This document shows positions 27,725 through 41,738 of a DNA stretch of 64,000 bases, in pieces. Location: contig CM082596.2 in the NCBI GenBank assembly GCA_040954595.2, positions 7,394,468 through 7,458,467 on the forward strand, given 5' to 3'. The notes under the pieces were generated by a model. It was not told where the DNA came from. It saw only the letters and a program-made list of their open reading frames with translations, and did not search any database. Source of the stretch: Balanoglossus misakiensis. Lineage: Eukaryota; Animalia; Hemichordata. A program made the position numbers and the translations under genes. Each line of letters opens with the position of its first letter. The first letter of the stretch is position 1.

Positions 27725-28763
27725 CTGACCGACAAAATCAGTCGAAAACAGACCGCCATAACGGTTGGCTAGCAGTCGGAAAAGCTACACACAACGTCTC
27801 TTGAATTTAGTGTGTTGCAAAAAGATCTCAACACAGCTAGAGCCACCACCCAAAAATGCACACGATGGCACTGTCCGTCAACAGCGTCGTGATTGTGGAT
27901 GAAAAGCAGGCGCTTATAATAGAACAATATATGCAAATTGGAAACGGGATCCTCAGAGGGACTTACCACCAGACGACGGTGATTGACACACACGACCCAG
28001 AATCTAAAAAAAGAGTTGCTAAAACCAGGACCTGGTTGTTGGTTTGTGGTTTCGTGCCTCAATCGCGAGGGCGACTCAGTTGTTAAAACGTTTTGTCCGT
28101 TTATTTCAATGTTGATGGTCGTGGAATTAGAGTATGCTAGGCGCAGCTGCAAAGCAATTAATTGGTTGTTTGGTGGCGGCGAAACTCTTGAAATGGCTGG
28201 GGTGACGTCCAAAGAGCAAAGATCATATAAATATTGCCAATTGATTGCGCTATTCAAGTGGCCTACCGCCGGATGAAAAATTACCTCATCTATGACGTCA
28301 CGTTTCATAGTACATTGTATACAAGTAATCCCGTCTTGTGATTGGCCGGAGCAAGTGCCGAGATGTGTGTTTGTTATCACGTGTTTGTACAAACCAGATA
28401 CGAGATTTGACCTATTTGGTCTCTTGTTTGGATGTATTGAGCGATATGGTTACGAACTTTGACATTTTTTCAGAAAAAGGCGTTTAGACACCTGACCTGT
28501 GGTTGAACTACGGTCCCTGCAGGCCGCAACGTTGTCACGTGGCCACTTCAGAAGAACTATCAAAATCCTATCATTCACAATGGCTAAAAGACACACTACA
28601 CTGTTTTGTTCATTTCCTATAACCGCCAGGACGGAATCAGGATGAAGAACGTGACCTTTCCACCAGCTGCTTGACAAATACTCAATTTATGAATGTCGTT
28701 GAATAAAAGTGGTATAAACAGCAAGGAATAACTTGTATATAATGTATATCATGGTGTATGCCA

Positions 28764-28841
<78 letters not shown>

Positions 28842-28918
28842 GTCTACCTACCTACCTACCTAACTAACTAACTAACTAACTAACTAAATAACTAAATAAC
28901 TAAATAACTAACTAACTA
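28764..28918. repeat. Compound microsatellite (CTAT)n-(CTAC)n-(CTAA)n
   Basis: About 19 CTAT units grading into CTAC and CTAA/ATAA units, with a degenerate tail to ~29010. Confidence 0.97.
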
Positions 28919-30068
28919 CATGTATCTATCTGTCTGTCTTACTCCGCCTATCTATACATCCACCCGTCTATCTACATGTATCTGTCGTTCTAACTATCTG
29001 TCTGTCGATCTACTGTTTTGTTACTGCAGGTTTTCATGTGCCACAGCTTGATCGCGCCGTCAACGCAGTATGGCATACCCACGCTTGTCCACTCTTCAAT
29101 TAAACCCAGCCCACTCGAGGAGATGCACGGTTGTGATGAAAGGGCCACTGCGACAGGTGTTGGCAACTCTTGTAGGTGGTTTCCATTACCTTAGGAGGCA
29201 GAGTCCGCGCGGATTTCGTTGGAAACCCTACACCCGCATAAGTGGCCGGCGGGAATCAGCCGTTCAGTTATTTGCGCCCGCCCTTTGAGGATCAGACGGC
29301 AAACGCACACTTCCAACAAAAGCCGAGGAGGGGAAAACAAAAATCCATCGCGCAATCTCTAATGTACATCTCTTCGCGGCTGGTTGCACGATTCTATTAA
29401 TTTGTGAAATGGCACAAAATTGACCTCTTTAAATATATTCTCCGCGGAAGAGGCGGGGGGGCTTGGATACGGCGTATAGCTGCACTGGGAGAAGACACTG
29501 ACATGGTACGATGCTATGACAACGTGGACGGTCAGTGACGTGTACTGCCGGACACCAGACGCGGGCAAATGGTTCTGTGCCGCGGTGTATATTCACAACG
29601 TAACATGGTACAAGCATAAAACAAACAAACTTGTTCCCTCTTTCTTTCAATAAACCACGTTCTATCCCACATGTGTACACGACAGACAATACTGCGATAA
29701 ATGCACTTTTTATAAACACCATGCGCCCGAGGAACTAAACCGAGTGGTGTCACAAAAACTTATTTCCCAAATATGAGCTGCCTTGTTAAATTTGAATGGA
29801 ACAGATTACAGCTGATTTAACTAAGAATCGACCGAGTTAACAGGAAAACATTTCCATCAAACTCGAAAGGTAAATAAAGCAGGACTAGAAATCATAATGG
29901 ACGCGACTCTCAGGCAGACACGTACACAATGCAGACTGCAGAACGGAAGTCTTGCTAAAAGTCACTCGGGGTGACAGATTCCGTGTTTGTCGTCTGGTGT
30001 GTCCAGTGAATTTGAATATAGAACACGTGGACATGTACCAAGGCATAGACAGCAGAGAAGTCCACTGT

Positions 30069-30102
30069 CTGTGACCATAGACCCTAGGGTCTATGCTGTG
30101 AC
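30069..30102. mobile_element. Putative P/Galileo-like transposon footprint (20-bp perfect palindrome between 7-bp direct repeats)
   Basis: CTGTGAC|CATAGACCCTAGGGTCTATG|CTGTGAC. Confidence 0.7.
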
Positions 30103-33100
30103 CAAACTGATGATTCAGAGAGAGAGAGAAAAAAAACCTACCAGAGCCTTGAATTCAGACAAGTCTGGTTAGCTGGGATCCGCTTGACTTCCTCTCCCCG
30201 GTCTTCACGTATGGTATTCTGATGACAGAGGGAAAAAACACACAATTTCGTCATATATTAAATATAAAATGAAACTCATACTGATAATAATAGTCTAGGC
30301 ACGTAATCGGTGTATCAACAACAACATGTCGGCCCAGACTGGACGAATTGGAGCAGACGGCCAATACAATGGTTGAAGTGGCGGTGGTGGTGAAAAGGTG
30401 AGAAGGTAAAAACGCGAGCCATGCATGCACCGATCGAGTATCTCCGAAACGAGCTGGAACGGGCCCTGGGAGATGCGGCTAAAAACGGAATAACCTCTGA
30501 CACAAACAACGGGCAAATATTCCGCACTCATAGTCGTGTTTTACAACGCTAATGTCTCAGAGATACCTGCACGGACTCGGAATAACGAGTGACCGGGAAT
30601 TCAAAAACAATTTTTTGCTAGATTTGTCCCCGTGGATAAAACGGTGAGCAGAAGCGACATACATGTACTAGCTAAAGTAACTTGTCCGAACACGGGGCAA
30701 GGTACAGTGTCTGTCCTGCGGTTACTGCAGAATGATGCGGCTACCACGAGCAAACGTGGCGATACATTTAGACTGGTTGAACTCAAAACATACATGTATT
30801 CATTGTACAACACTAGTCTGCATGTTGGTCTGTTGAAATCAACTATACCAACAAGAGCCGTGTGTGAAATGACCGACCAGTCCGGACTGCGAAATGAAGA
30901 GTTCACAATCACATATGCTGGCAAACCACCACCAACCCTTACTACTAGGCGCATCAATAGCACACGGATATCCCCATGTATACAATTTCACGAATATTTT
31001 CCACTAATCTAAATTCGCTTTTAAAGAAATTTGATGGACGTCGCGAACAAAAAACACAAATAGTGTCTCACAGATATCATTTCACTTATTTATTAAAATG
31101 CATTTTCATCGGAAGAGCAGCTTATCTGGCGCTTTTTCCGTTCATCTCGATTGTTTACAGCGAATGCACTGCATTTCAATTCACCAGAAATTCAGGAGTC
31201 AGTATATGTTAAAAAACGAGACAGTACGTCACTCGGAAATTACAGAGAGAAAAAAACATAAAAAATAACGGAAATTATGAAATTTCCGCTGGGTTTGAAA
31301 TACATTTTTAGGTGACGTCATATTTTCCTGAACGAGGAAATGGAGCACGTTAGACCCCAGTAAAAAATATAAGAACACAATGCACGGTGCTTGCAAATTG
31401 CGCAATTCGTTTTTTACAACATTTTGGATGGACGGGTTTTATGCGCGACGACTCGGCAGGGTCGAGAACGGTCTTTTTGAAGAGTTGAACCTCGCACGCA
31501 AGTAAAATGCAGATTTTAAAACAGGGATACGGCTGGGGTTTATAGGAGAGGTATAATTTACCTGTTACTTCGTCGTTAGCGGGAGACGAGAGAATGGGCG
31601 TCGGCTGGTTTTGCTGTTCCTGGACTGCGTATGCTAATGCATGTTAATGTGAACGAACGGCGGACGGGCGTGTGTATGTAACTGTGTGTATACTGTATAC
31701 CGCGGCTCACATCTACAGATCCCAGCCACCGCCACACGTTTCAGGTGACGCAAACACCACCACGAGAGAACAAAAAAGGGGCACGTCCCGGTCAACCGGA
31801 TCCCAGACGCGCCGGACTCGACATATCAGGGTTGGAAACACCTAATATGTCTGTCATCACGATGACGTCGTTCACACCAGGAAATATCCGCGATGCCTTC
31901 AATACTGGTAATCTAGTCATAAATTATTTATAGTTTTCAAAAGTGCTGGCGAATCATTTTTTTCATTAAATGTCAACAGTCGGCAGCCCACGATATCTGG
32001 ACTTGGCCGTAAATTCTTTCGGGCGACCACGTCAACGTTATTCCAGTATTACTCTATGTGTCGTCCCGTAATTTTAATGGCGTCACGAGAAATAACATTC
32101 CAATAATAAACTGTTGCAAAAGAAGTATAATGCATTATTATTCAATGCAAAAACTATACGTCTATATTTTCTTTTATATCCGGGAACCTCATGGCCCGAA
32201 GTATAGCGAAATGATCATCAGAGTGGTGTGTCGACTCACCTTTTTTTCAAAATGGCGACAACATATGGTATAACACATTTCAATGAATAATACAAACAAA
32301 CTTGTCTGTACCCAGACTAAATTACTTATTCAAAGGAATTAAGTTATCTTTGTTTTTAAGAGTTTTTAAAAATGTCTTACAATCATATCTGGAAAATGGT
32401 GACATGGTGTCTTGGTTTTCCTGACGATAGACCGCTTTTTGTCGTGTACACGAATCCGCCAGCTCTATTGACCCGTGACCCTGGGACGGGCAAAACAACA
32501 AAGGCGACGGTAATATTTCCGAAATTTTCAATCAACAAGGCTGTTCACCAAGTCGTGCGAGTATTTTTTTTTCGCCAGATAACATGTTTCACCGTATCAC
32601 CTGTACAAGGGAGGGGTGTGTTCCGGAGTAATTCTAACCACCGACCGCGGATGTAAACACCGAGGAACCCTCTTACACGGTCTACCGACGCCGTGTATCG
32701 GTCTACCGTATGGAAAAGTCGAAGACTGTGTCTCGCGAATTCGTTTGAAATAACACCAAGATCATGTCTCGACATTTTCAGTAACCATTGTTTCCCTCGT
32801 CATTTATTTTGAATATAACAACGAACGTGGAAATATCAGTCTCTGGGACCAGTTTATTCTGTAAATTTTCGTACGGTCACCTGAGATAATGGATAAGCGC
32901 ACATCGCCAAATCACAAAGTCAGTTATGTTTGGAGAGGTTAATGAATGAGAGACATCTGTCACAAGGCTTCAAGGAAAACACCACAAATAAAAATGTCGT
33001 TCGTGCTTCAATTGCGCAATATGAACATTTTTGTCTTGGAGATAGGGTCCTGATTTTAACGTCCACTGCAATTGTATTACATGAGGTAGCCCTATAGCAT

Positions 33101-36100
33101 TCATGTCTGTACAGCGATAGAATTCAAATCAGCGCAGTCGTCGGGAATGTTTCAAAGAAGAAAAATCGAAAAAGATGTGGGAAAGGAGTGTAACTGTGGC
33201 AATATCTGTATTTAAAATGATATCTGATACGCCCACACGACGACCCCGAAAACAGCTACACCAACCACTTATAAATGGTCTATCAATGAGGCTATACTGG
33301 ACACGCTCCATCGAACAGTCGCACCATTAAAACGGCTGTGCACATAATTTTAACGGGATATATTTTCCACTTGAAAAAACAACAAAACAACACGCCAGCT
33401 AGCTGAATGTAAATTTGAACTTTTGTACACACTGCCCTGAGATGACTTAGGCTACTATATGATTACAGCTTCTCTTATTAAAACACCTTAATGAAACACT
33501 TCTATAATTAAAAATACTTCTCACAGACAATAATATAGAGACGAATGGACGACTGCCGTTTTTCTGAAAGTCTGTTCCCGAAGTGGGTACTACCTTAAAG
33601 TAACATGTTGTACAAAGTGCAATAACAATTCTGTATTGGTCGTCACGATCAAATGTGTAATTTATGACATTTTCTGTTGTGGGGTAGAAAGCTAGCTGTT
33701 TTTCTCACATTCAGAGATATACCGGTTATGAAGAATTTTACAATCAACGGAGATAATAAACTTCTTTGGTAAAATGCTGGGAAGAAAGAAGCTTATAGTC
33801 TACGCGAATAGTAGTACGCCATTAAACAAGACAGCCCAACACACACAAGAAGACTGACGAACGACCACTGCTACAAGCAGACGAACGGACAGATCATGGG
33901 CGGCCTCAACTGCTCCCCGCAGACAGGCACATGTCAACACAAGCTGGGTCATCATCCGGGCAATATATCACACGATAAAACTGACGTAAACAAGGTAAAC
34001 AAGTTATCCCACGCATAAAAATGTGCAAAACACAAAGTTGGGCGCACTGCAGGCCTGCACCAATCAGGTACCGAGAACCCCCCCCCCCCCTCCCCGAGAC
34101 GGCCAATTTATATACGAGAACCCTGACCTCAAAAATGTTCGCGGTTTTGTACTCTGTGTTAACGGAAATGCAACGAACACAACACAGATGTTATTACAGA
34201 GCTCCGTGTCAAGTGTTCTGTTGAGCGCTACAGGGGTATATGACAATGCACTTAGAAGCTGTCGTAATTTGCTTTGCTGGTATTACCTGGCTACGGTGAC
34301 CTAAATACAAACGTGACCCTACACATTTCAAGATTTGACACACCCTCAGCAAGCACTGAATATCCAATAAAACTATTAAAAAGCATTTCAAGCATATGGA
34401 CAAATACATCTACAGTCCGGAGATATTTTCTTTAAATTCAGTACATTTTAACAAAGATCGAGGGCGATATTCGGGCTTTGATGACGTTTCGTCGGACTGC
34501 GTCAATTTTGTTCTGGTAACAAGTCGGTGACGTCACTGTGTCGCCAATAGCCAACTCCTTGCGACATATCTCCAGGACTCCACGTGAAGTACACTCGTGT
34601 TTGGGTATTTTTTTTTCATTCTGACAACATGTTTCCTAGAAATGTTAATTTCCGTCCTTGCAGACCACTCTCAGAAATTAAATATTTCATAGGAAAGGCT
34701 GTTCGCAGACGTGTTTCTTTTGCTTGGTGCTAAATACTCATTTACAGAATGCCGCAGTGACCAAAAAATGCATTCCAGAGAAGTGCACTTATATCCAACG
34801 AAAATATGGTTTCCAAACCCAAACCAGCGCCGAGCATTACACAACGATGATTATTTTTGATTTGATCATAACTCAAGAAAACAGATTCGCTGGAATATTA
34901 ACAATAAATCTTCAGGGGGGAATATATGTATTGGCCAACGGCGCCGTCCCGTCATTTCTGGCCAATTTCCGTCGTCTGCATCTCAGTGCTCGACAACGAG
35001 GTCTAAACGTGGCAGAATACGTGTACGGAAACCAGGCAAAATCAATAAAACATTCCTCTAACAGGTGGAACAAAAGCAAGCATCATTCATATCAAATACC
35101 CCGTCTGTACTTTCTAAAAGAACTCAAATCCCCCTTTATTATGTCATTACAAGTACATGTATTGAACGACTTCATACACATATTTTCCCACTAAAAATAA
35201 ACCAGGAATTTGTTCTTATCCACCAAGATAAAATCGGTATTTTTCGGAATTTTATCGCGAGGCCGATCACACACACCTGTTGGCCTCCCTGTCGGCCATC
35301 GCCACTACCCCTCCGTTGCCAAACTGAACACTTCACGCTATTAAAGAAACACTGGATTGGTATAGAATTGCCGGCCGTGGGGGTACACTGCATGCATTGC
35401 CGATGAGGCGAGCAGACGACAATTTTAGCTGTAGTCAGCCAATGTGTCTCGGCCTGTTTACGACTACCGGTAACGCTACTTTGCAGTGTTTACTCACCCC
35501 TTTACGTCTGACATGTCGTCAATCAAACGAGTCTATCGGCTGAGAAACATGGCGGCCAGCCTTTTCGAAATCGAAACATGTATAATATTTTCGAGATTTT
35601 CATCGTTGTCGCATTTAAACGTTACTGAAGTACCTCTTTATGAAAATGCGTCAAAATTTAAAAGAACTGGGGGATACTTTTGGTCGGTTTTCTTACCCGC
35701 CTGCGGAGCGCGTCTCAGGAATAAAGGTTACCATGTCGACACAGAGGCTCTATAGAAAGTATTAGTCAGTCAAATAGTTGAAATGACAATTGTGGTCGTG
35801 GGTATGTTTGTGTGTGTTTGACCTTCGGACCTAACAAGTCACCTTCGGCGTGTTTTACGACATAATACGCTATGTGGGTTGTATCGGGCGTATTGGTGAT
35901 GTCGTTCTGGCCACGTGTCTCCAGTCAAAGTCAGTCGTCGGCGGCACCGACACACAGAACATGTATTTCTCCAACGCGTGCCTGTAAGTTGGCGAAAGCA
36001 TGGACGATATGACGTGTGTGTCTGTGAGATAAAACCTCACAGAAACCAGGTGAATTTGATGATTAACTGATATTCCTGTGTACGACAGATGCTGTGTGAC

Positions 36101-36566
36101 CGTTCCTTATAATAAAAGCTGATGGGGTGCCCCCTACCCTTTAAACGAGAAATTTCCAACATGGACGGTGTTATCCATGCGGTGAAGGGGGCTGGGTCTG
36201 TCCCACCGTTTCAAAAAAACGATGTAACACAAACAGTGCACATGTGCAGTGCAACTACGTGCAACTATGTTAAAATCGGTATCAGGTTGGCCAATAATCA
36301 CATTGTCAACAGATTCAAAGAAACCCCGACCACCGTAGCACATTGAACATGTGGAAACTTGTTTCGACGATTCTCTAAAGCGGCAAACTGTTTCGGTTCA
36401 CCGGGTAAGAACTAACGGTGGGCGCCGTTGAATGTGAAATCTATTTCACGGTGAAAACCCATTCGAACATACCCCAGAATAAGGGTCTCACAAGTCCTCA
36501 TACGGCAATGTGGCAAACGCCTTACCGATAGCTGTTTACTAAAAACTGCTCATGGGCAACGATAAG

Positions 36567-36698
36567 GGTGATGACGTCACCGGGGAAAGTGAGATTGTTG
36601 GCGGCAAAGGGGGTGTATCAGCATCGACTTTGCGCCAACGATGCGGCCAGACATCGCCAGCGGTTTCGGTGCTGTCTTTGCCGGTGATGACGTCACCG
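36567..36698. repeat. Pair of identical 16-bp direct repeats containing CRE palindromes
   Basis: GGTGATGACGTCACCG at 36567-36582 and 36683-36698. Confidence 0.7.
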
Positions 36699-37231
36699 CC
36701 AACGAAGACCAAGCAGTCAAGGCCAAGGGGAAAAAAATCCACGGATAGACAACGCCTCTGGCGGTGCCCGGTCACGTGATCAGTCTCAAAATATTAAACA
36801 AAGATACCAAGCCAAGTCGATCGGCAACCCGAGAATGCCAAACCTCTCGGGAAAAGGGGGTCTGGTTTCTGTTGCATCAAAAGGCTCGCGACGAAACTGA
36901 CGTCAGGCCAAAGGTCGGGGCAGTCATTTCAGTACATCAGTCTCAAATCTTTTGGTGCGATCATACGTTACATCGTTCATTGGCTTAATTATTCTCTAAA
37001 ATGGACTTCATCTTGTTGGTGTCCCGCAAAGAAATAATTGAAAAAGTCAAGGCGAGGACAAAACGTATCCGCACTCATGTGCCCACTACCCATATTTCCA
37101 AGTGCCACCAAACGTTGAGAAGAAAATTTTAGCACGGCTTGGACAGTCGATGTTGCAAGATGCGGAAACAAAACACGGAAGATGATTGGCATTAATACTT
37201 CATCGGACTTCGAATATGCTCCATAATTTTA

Positions 37232-37295
37232 CACCGATGTAAATATTTCCACCAAATTAACACCGGCGCATCACCGATGTAAATATTTCCACCAA
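37232..37295. repeat. Short tandem duplication (24-bp identical unit, period 40)
   Basis: CACCGATGTAAATATTTCCACCAA at 37232-37255 and 37272-37295. Confidence 0.9.
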
Positions 37296-38206
37296 TTTAT
37301 ACTGTTAGGTCAATATGCCCCATAGTTGTGATATAAGGCAAAGACGTATTAACAAACAGCAGACTCATGAAATGTTCCCTTGTATTCAAAACAATCTAAT
37401 CGAAAAGACAAAACTCGTTCACTGCAGGGACAAGTTATAAACAGCAGTAGACCATCCATTGCAACACGGTGTTCGTGGTTGCGAACAGTACACGGACGGA
37501 GCGAGATATCGTTGGCCAATTTAAAAGCGCTATTTTAAAACCGATACTCACTCTGGCTTAGGTCTGTCCACAAAGTTAATTCTTTTACGAGATCACCGAT
37601 TCGTTGTTCAGCAACAAGATATCGACTTTCTCCGCTAGCAACAAGTCCACCGCGTGCAGCAGGTCGTTCGGATCGGAGGAGCGCTGTGTGAGAAACCGGC
37701 TGAACGGCGCATGTATACCTGGCGGCGGGGGGATACAAGCTGTGCGCGTCCGGTCAATCTTTGTCAACAGCGCGTTACCGCTCCTTTGATCGTGTACACA
37801 GCCCACCTTTAGAAACGGCGGCTTGTGAAGCAAGCCATGCGTGCGGGGCTTCCAAACAGGCTCCCCGAATCACCGAAGCCCTCCCCGAGAAACGCGTTTC
37901 ACGCTTCAGATGTAAAACCCCCCCTTCGCCCGCTCGGGTTTCCCGTCGAATAAACAGTGGGGACCTTGTCTCAGGTTCGCGCGGTAGTTTACAGAATGTT
38001 AAGTGTCAGCCGCACTGACTGAAGGACATTGTATACAGCTGTTGAGAGGCATAAGACACGGCGCAAACATGTTGGTGCTCTCCAAAGCGCTACATATGGC
38101 TGTGTATTGGTCTAGGCTTTTATGCTGCATCACTCCGCGGCGCCCCTGCTGCAGTAAATTACCTGCACGCTGATCTCAACAGCCAGAGCGGCCATTTTGT
38201 CGTTAA

Positions 38207-38320
38207 AGGTATATGGTCACCTATGCAAATTAAGCTACAGTTACCATGGCAAATTGAGATCTAGCCAATGACAGATTTTCAGTGGGTGGCACAAGCGATA
38301 AAAGAGAACACTCAAAACGC
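38207..38320 (-). mobile_element. MITE family B (Kolobok/T2-like, TTAA target), truncated copy
   Basis: TTAA|AGGTATATGGTCACCTATG...GTTACCATGGCAAATTGAGATCTAGCCAATGACAGATTTTCAGTGGGTGGCACA matches the reverse complement of 63807-63991; the second terminus is missing. Confidence 0.85.
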
Positions 38321-39777
38321 ATATATGACGTCTGAGTATCGTACTGGCGATGGTCTCTTAGCAACAACATCACTGCCTGATCGATGCGTGTCAGTTCCTG
38401 TTGTACGAATGTAAACGTCACTGACACTGTAACAAGTAACAGGGTTCACATTATACATGTACTTTTTTTAACCCTGACCGCGGAATGACTTTTGGGGGTG
38501 TAGCTAAATACACGACATCACAGTCCACCGACAGTCGAGGAGCGGCGTTACCTATTGACCGCAATATCACAAAGACCGTGTACTTTTTTCGCCTTGACTC
38601 TGGTATCAAGTTCTCGTACAAAGTACCACGGGTGATTTCACATACAGAATAACAAGTTGATAGATGGATACGGGGACGAGAAAGAATAAAACTCGGCGCT
38701 GTTGAAAACACGTCCACTCACACAGATCGAAGCGATCGATCGACACGCTCCGATGGTAGCATTGTGAAGTCAAACTATAAACACAGGGTGGCCATATGGT
38801 AGAATTCCTACAGCTATAGACATTATTGTTAACTCTCCACGCACCAAATCGGCTGGCGAGTGGTTTTACAAAAACCTCCAGATGATTTAGATATGCATTT
38901 GGTGAATATTAATATTTACGATTCTCTTAGAGTTTAACAATGGTTCGGGGTTCTGCATACATGTAAACACTCTGCAGAGTGCCGTATGCATTTTGGATTC
39001 GAATGGTCGCTCAGGCGATATGAAAACTGCATTTCTGTCTGCATGTCCATTTTACCTCGAGTTCAATTGTACTAATTTTCACTACTGAGACTTGGTTAAG
39101 AGTGGATTATTGTCAGTTGAGTATGTTCATGCAAATACTCCGGAAATGCATTAAAGGGACAATGTGATTACCTCTGTAAGTTAGTGTGTTTGGGCTTATA
39201 TGGTGTAGGACGATATCTACGTACAACTGAAATATACTGCATGAGTATTGCAGTATTAATAACACATCTCGCATATGCAACTCAGAAATAATAAGCTATC
39301 ATGCACAAGTTGAACTTTTGGCAACTTGAGATAGTTCACATCTGAAAGAGGCTACGGATACTGGCTAAGATCAATCAACACTCGCTTGTTGTTTAAATTA
39401 TTTGGCGAAGGCCAAATGCTGTTCGTTGGATTCCAGAGAGATTAACGTTGGGAATCCGGATTTTATCAACTTCGAAATTGGAAGGTTTAGGTTCTTGTAG
39501 GCAACGGAGACTGTGACGTGACTAGTTGGGAACGTTACTAAGCGCGCGCGTTGTTCGTGTGTGAGATGCGAGTCCATCGGCGCCTGGCCACTGAAAAGAG
39601 AGGCCAAATCTTGGCATATGTTCTTTAGTTCTATCAGACCGCCTCGGGGAAATGTGTTCTATGGTTCCGTAGAGTCTGCGCGACTACGCGTTGGCGCTTT
39701 GTATTTGTGTTTTTGAGTTGGGCCTGCGATACTTGTACCTTCAATAATAAAGTTACAAAGAACGACAGTGTTCATTT

Positions 39778-40036
39778 CATGATTTCCCACTCGTTGCGAG
39801 ATCTCGCGAGACTTGGTGAATTACCGTAGCCGGGTTGCTCGCCAATCAATGATACATCTCAAGCTTCGCATGAAACTTGAATAGGTGCCGAGTTCAACAA
39901 AAAATGTAACTTTTGTGTCCGATAACACGATGGGCCACGTGCTGTTTGTCCTGTGTCACATGAGAATGTCCTCCCATATAAACTGCCTACCCGCGCGAGA
40001 TCTCGCACGGTCTCGTTGAGTTCGGGAAATGGTATA
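39778..40036 (-). mobile_element. Repeat family C (~250-bp non-autonomous DNA-transposon-like element) copy 1
   Basis: Aligns end to end with the reverse complement of 44309-44558. Has imperfect terminal inverted repeats (ATTTCCC...GGGAAAT) and subterminal GCGAGATCTCGC palindromes. Confidence 0.85.
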
Positions 40037-40868
40037 TTAGGTCATTGGTACATCCTTATAATCCTAACAGGGGTTCAGATGCCGGCACATAACAATTTTC
40101 TCCTTTTCGCAGGTGTGCCCATTTACCATGTTTACAACGAAATTATTTAAAACCACTTCTTTTTCCCGCTGTTTTTTAGGATATTAGCAAAACATCTCCT
40201 ATGTACCCCCAACGACAACGACGAAACACTCAGACCACTTCTGTGCAGATAAACATCACATTTTTGCAAAGGCTGTAAACATCCATACATATCCATGCAT
40301 GGGCGTAACCACCTGTTATGTTGTCACTGCTGTAGCGACATACTTATCGGATCAATTTAACTTTGCAAATCACCTTCTCCTGAAGGTTTACAGTATTTTA
40401 TAATCGCAGTGGATTATGTTAAGTTCTTCGGAGGCGATTCTCACAATGATGCAAGGCCGCGCGACTCTCGAAACTCCCATAAAAGGGATACACACGAAAG
40501 TCGTTTTATGGAGTAGAAATAGCTGATTACACAAAAACTAAAATACCTGCCTCTTGGTACTAAATTCTTTAACTGTGAAACAGAGTCCGATAAAACTGAG
40601 ACTGGCTTGACATAAAAGTATTTACAAATTCCCTTTGTGCAGTGGGCGAGAGGTCATGAGGTCACGCATGCAGACCAGCTTGAAAACACCTACGGGTCAC
40701 GAAGGATGACTTGAATTTTAATGTGGCATATTCTGCCACAGAAATACAGAAGTTGTTCAAGGGACATTAGCTGTAACGGTTGGCTTTATTTCCAGTATTA
40801 TTGTTCTTTGTAACAAATGCATATTCCTGGTTCTATTCCAGCCAGCATGCCAATATACCCAGTATTCC

Positions 40869-40969
40869 GCTTATCAACATAGCCTGTATGTGTGCAACGG
40901 CCATTGTTGTTGTTGACAAATGAATTCTAGTCCGGACTTGAATTCAAACATTGCACAATAACAATACTG
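40869..40969 (+). repeat. Dispersed repeat family D with 24-bp palindrome, copy 1
   Basis: Aligns with 54090-54196; contains GAATTCTAGTCCGGACTTGAATTC (40922-40945). Confidence 0.75.
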
Positions 40970-41702
40970 ACCAGTAGTTTGTGTTAAGTAATAGGGAGAT
41001 TTTAACAAGAATCGACAGTCGATACACAAGACACAGATACTGAAAATATAGCGAACAGTTACAGCTAATGAAGCTTTATAAACGTCGCTAGCTGAACGAA
41101 TCGTAGACTCAAGTAGACAGACTCTCTAAGCTACTTGAGTTACGGCACCGCTGGCCGGCTTGGCAAAACTCACATCATTGTCTCGATACAAATAACGTGT
41201 TTTATCACGACTATTCGAAACAGATATACTTTGTTATTCAGTGGGTTTACTGAGCGTGTTTTTATCAATGCAATACTTTTTTTACAGTTGCAATCGGCGA
41301 AATAGCCCATCAAAGTTCAACTGATGGCGACGTGTTAAACAGAGAGTTCGATTGTTGGGAATTCCGAAACACGTCTATAAACGACACTTGATAGTAACGC
41401 GGGATGTTTAATACAGAACACCTGGATGCATGCGATACGTCTGAGCGATCACGAAATCAGTACATATACCTGCGCCATATATGTAAGATAACAAAGGCCG
41501 GTGTTTAAGTCCCGAGAGGCGGCAACTGGCGCGCTTGATTTACCGGATGAATGATGCGTCGTGCGCTCCACTTGGTTCCCCCACGCCAATTTCGTTGATT
41601 TTTTTTGTGTGTTCATCTTTTCTTTTGGTGGTGGCAGCGGCGGACTTGTGCGAAACGCGTGTCTGGCACGACCTGAGTTCCGTTCTCAGGCAAGAGCGCC
41701 CC

Positions 41703-41738
41703 TCTCGCGAGATCTCGCAATGACCGGAAAATAATCTA
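41703..41738 (+). mobile_element. Isolated terminus related to family C
   Basis: TCTCGCGAGATCTCGCAATGACCGGAAAATAATCTA versus TCTCGCGAGATCTCGCAATGAGCGGGAAATCATCTG at 44523-44558. Confidence 0.7.

Noticed and set aside
27769-28392. Longest ORF (207 aa, minus) and overlapping plus-strand ORFs
   Set aside because: Non-ATG start and no recognisable domain. The plus frames are interrupted by many stops; at most an unidentifiable decayed coding relic.
29030-29156. Plus-strand acceptor TTTTGTTACTGCAG|G after the compound microsatellite
   Set aside because: The pyrimidine tract derives from the degenerate microsatellite, the donor is weak and no convincing ORF follows.
36160-36179. CATGGA...TCCATG 20-mer resembling the P-like scars
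   Set aside because: The flanks TTTCCAA and CGGTGAA are not a target duplication.
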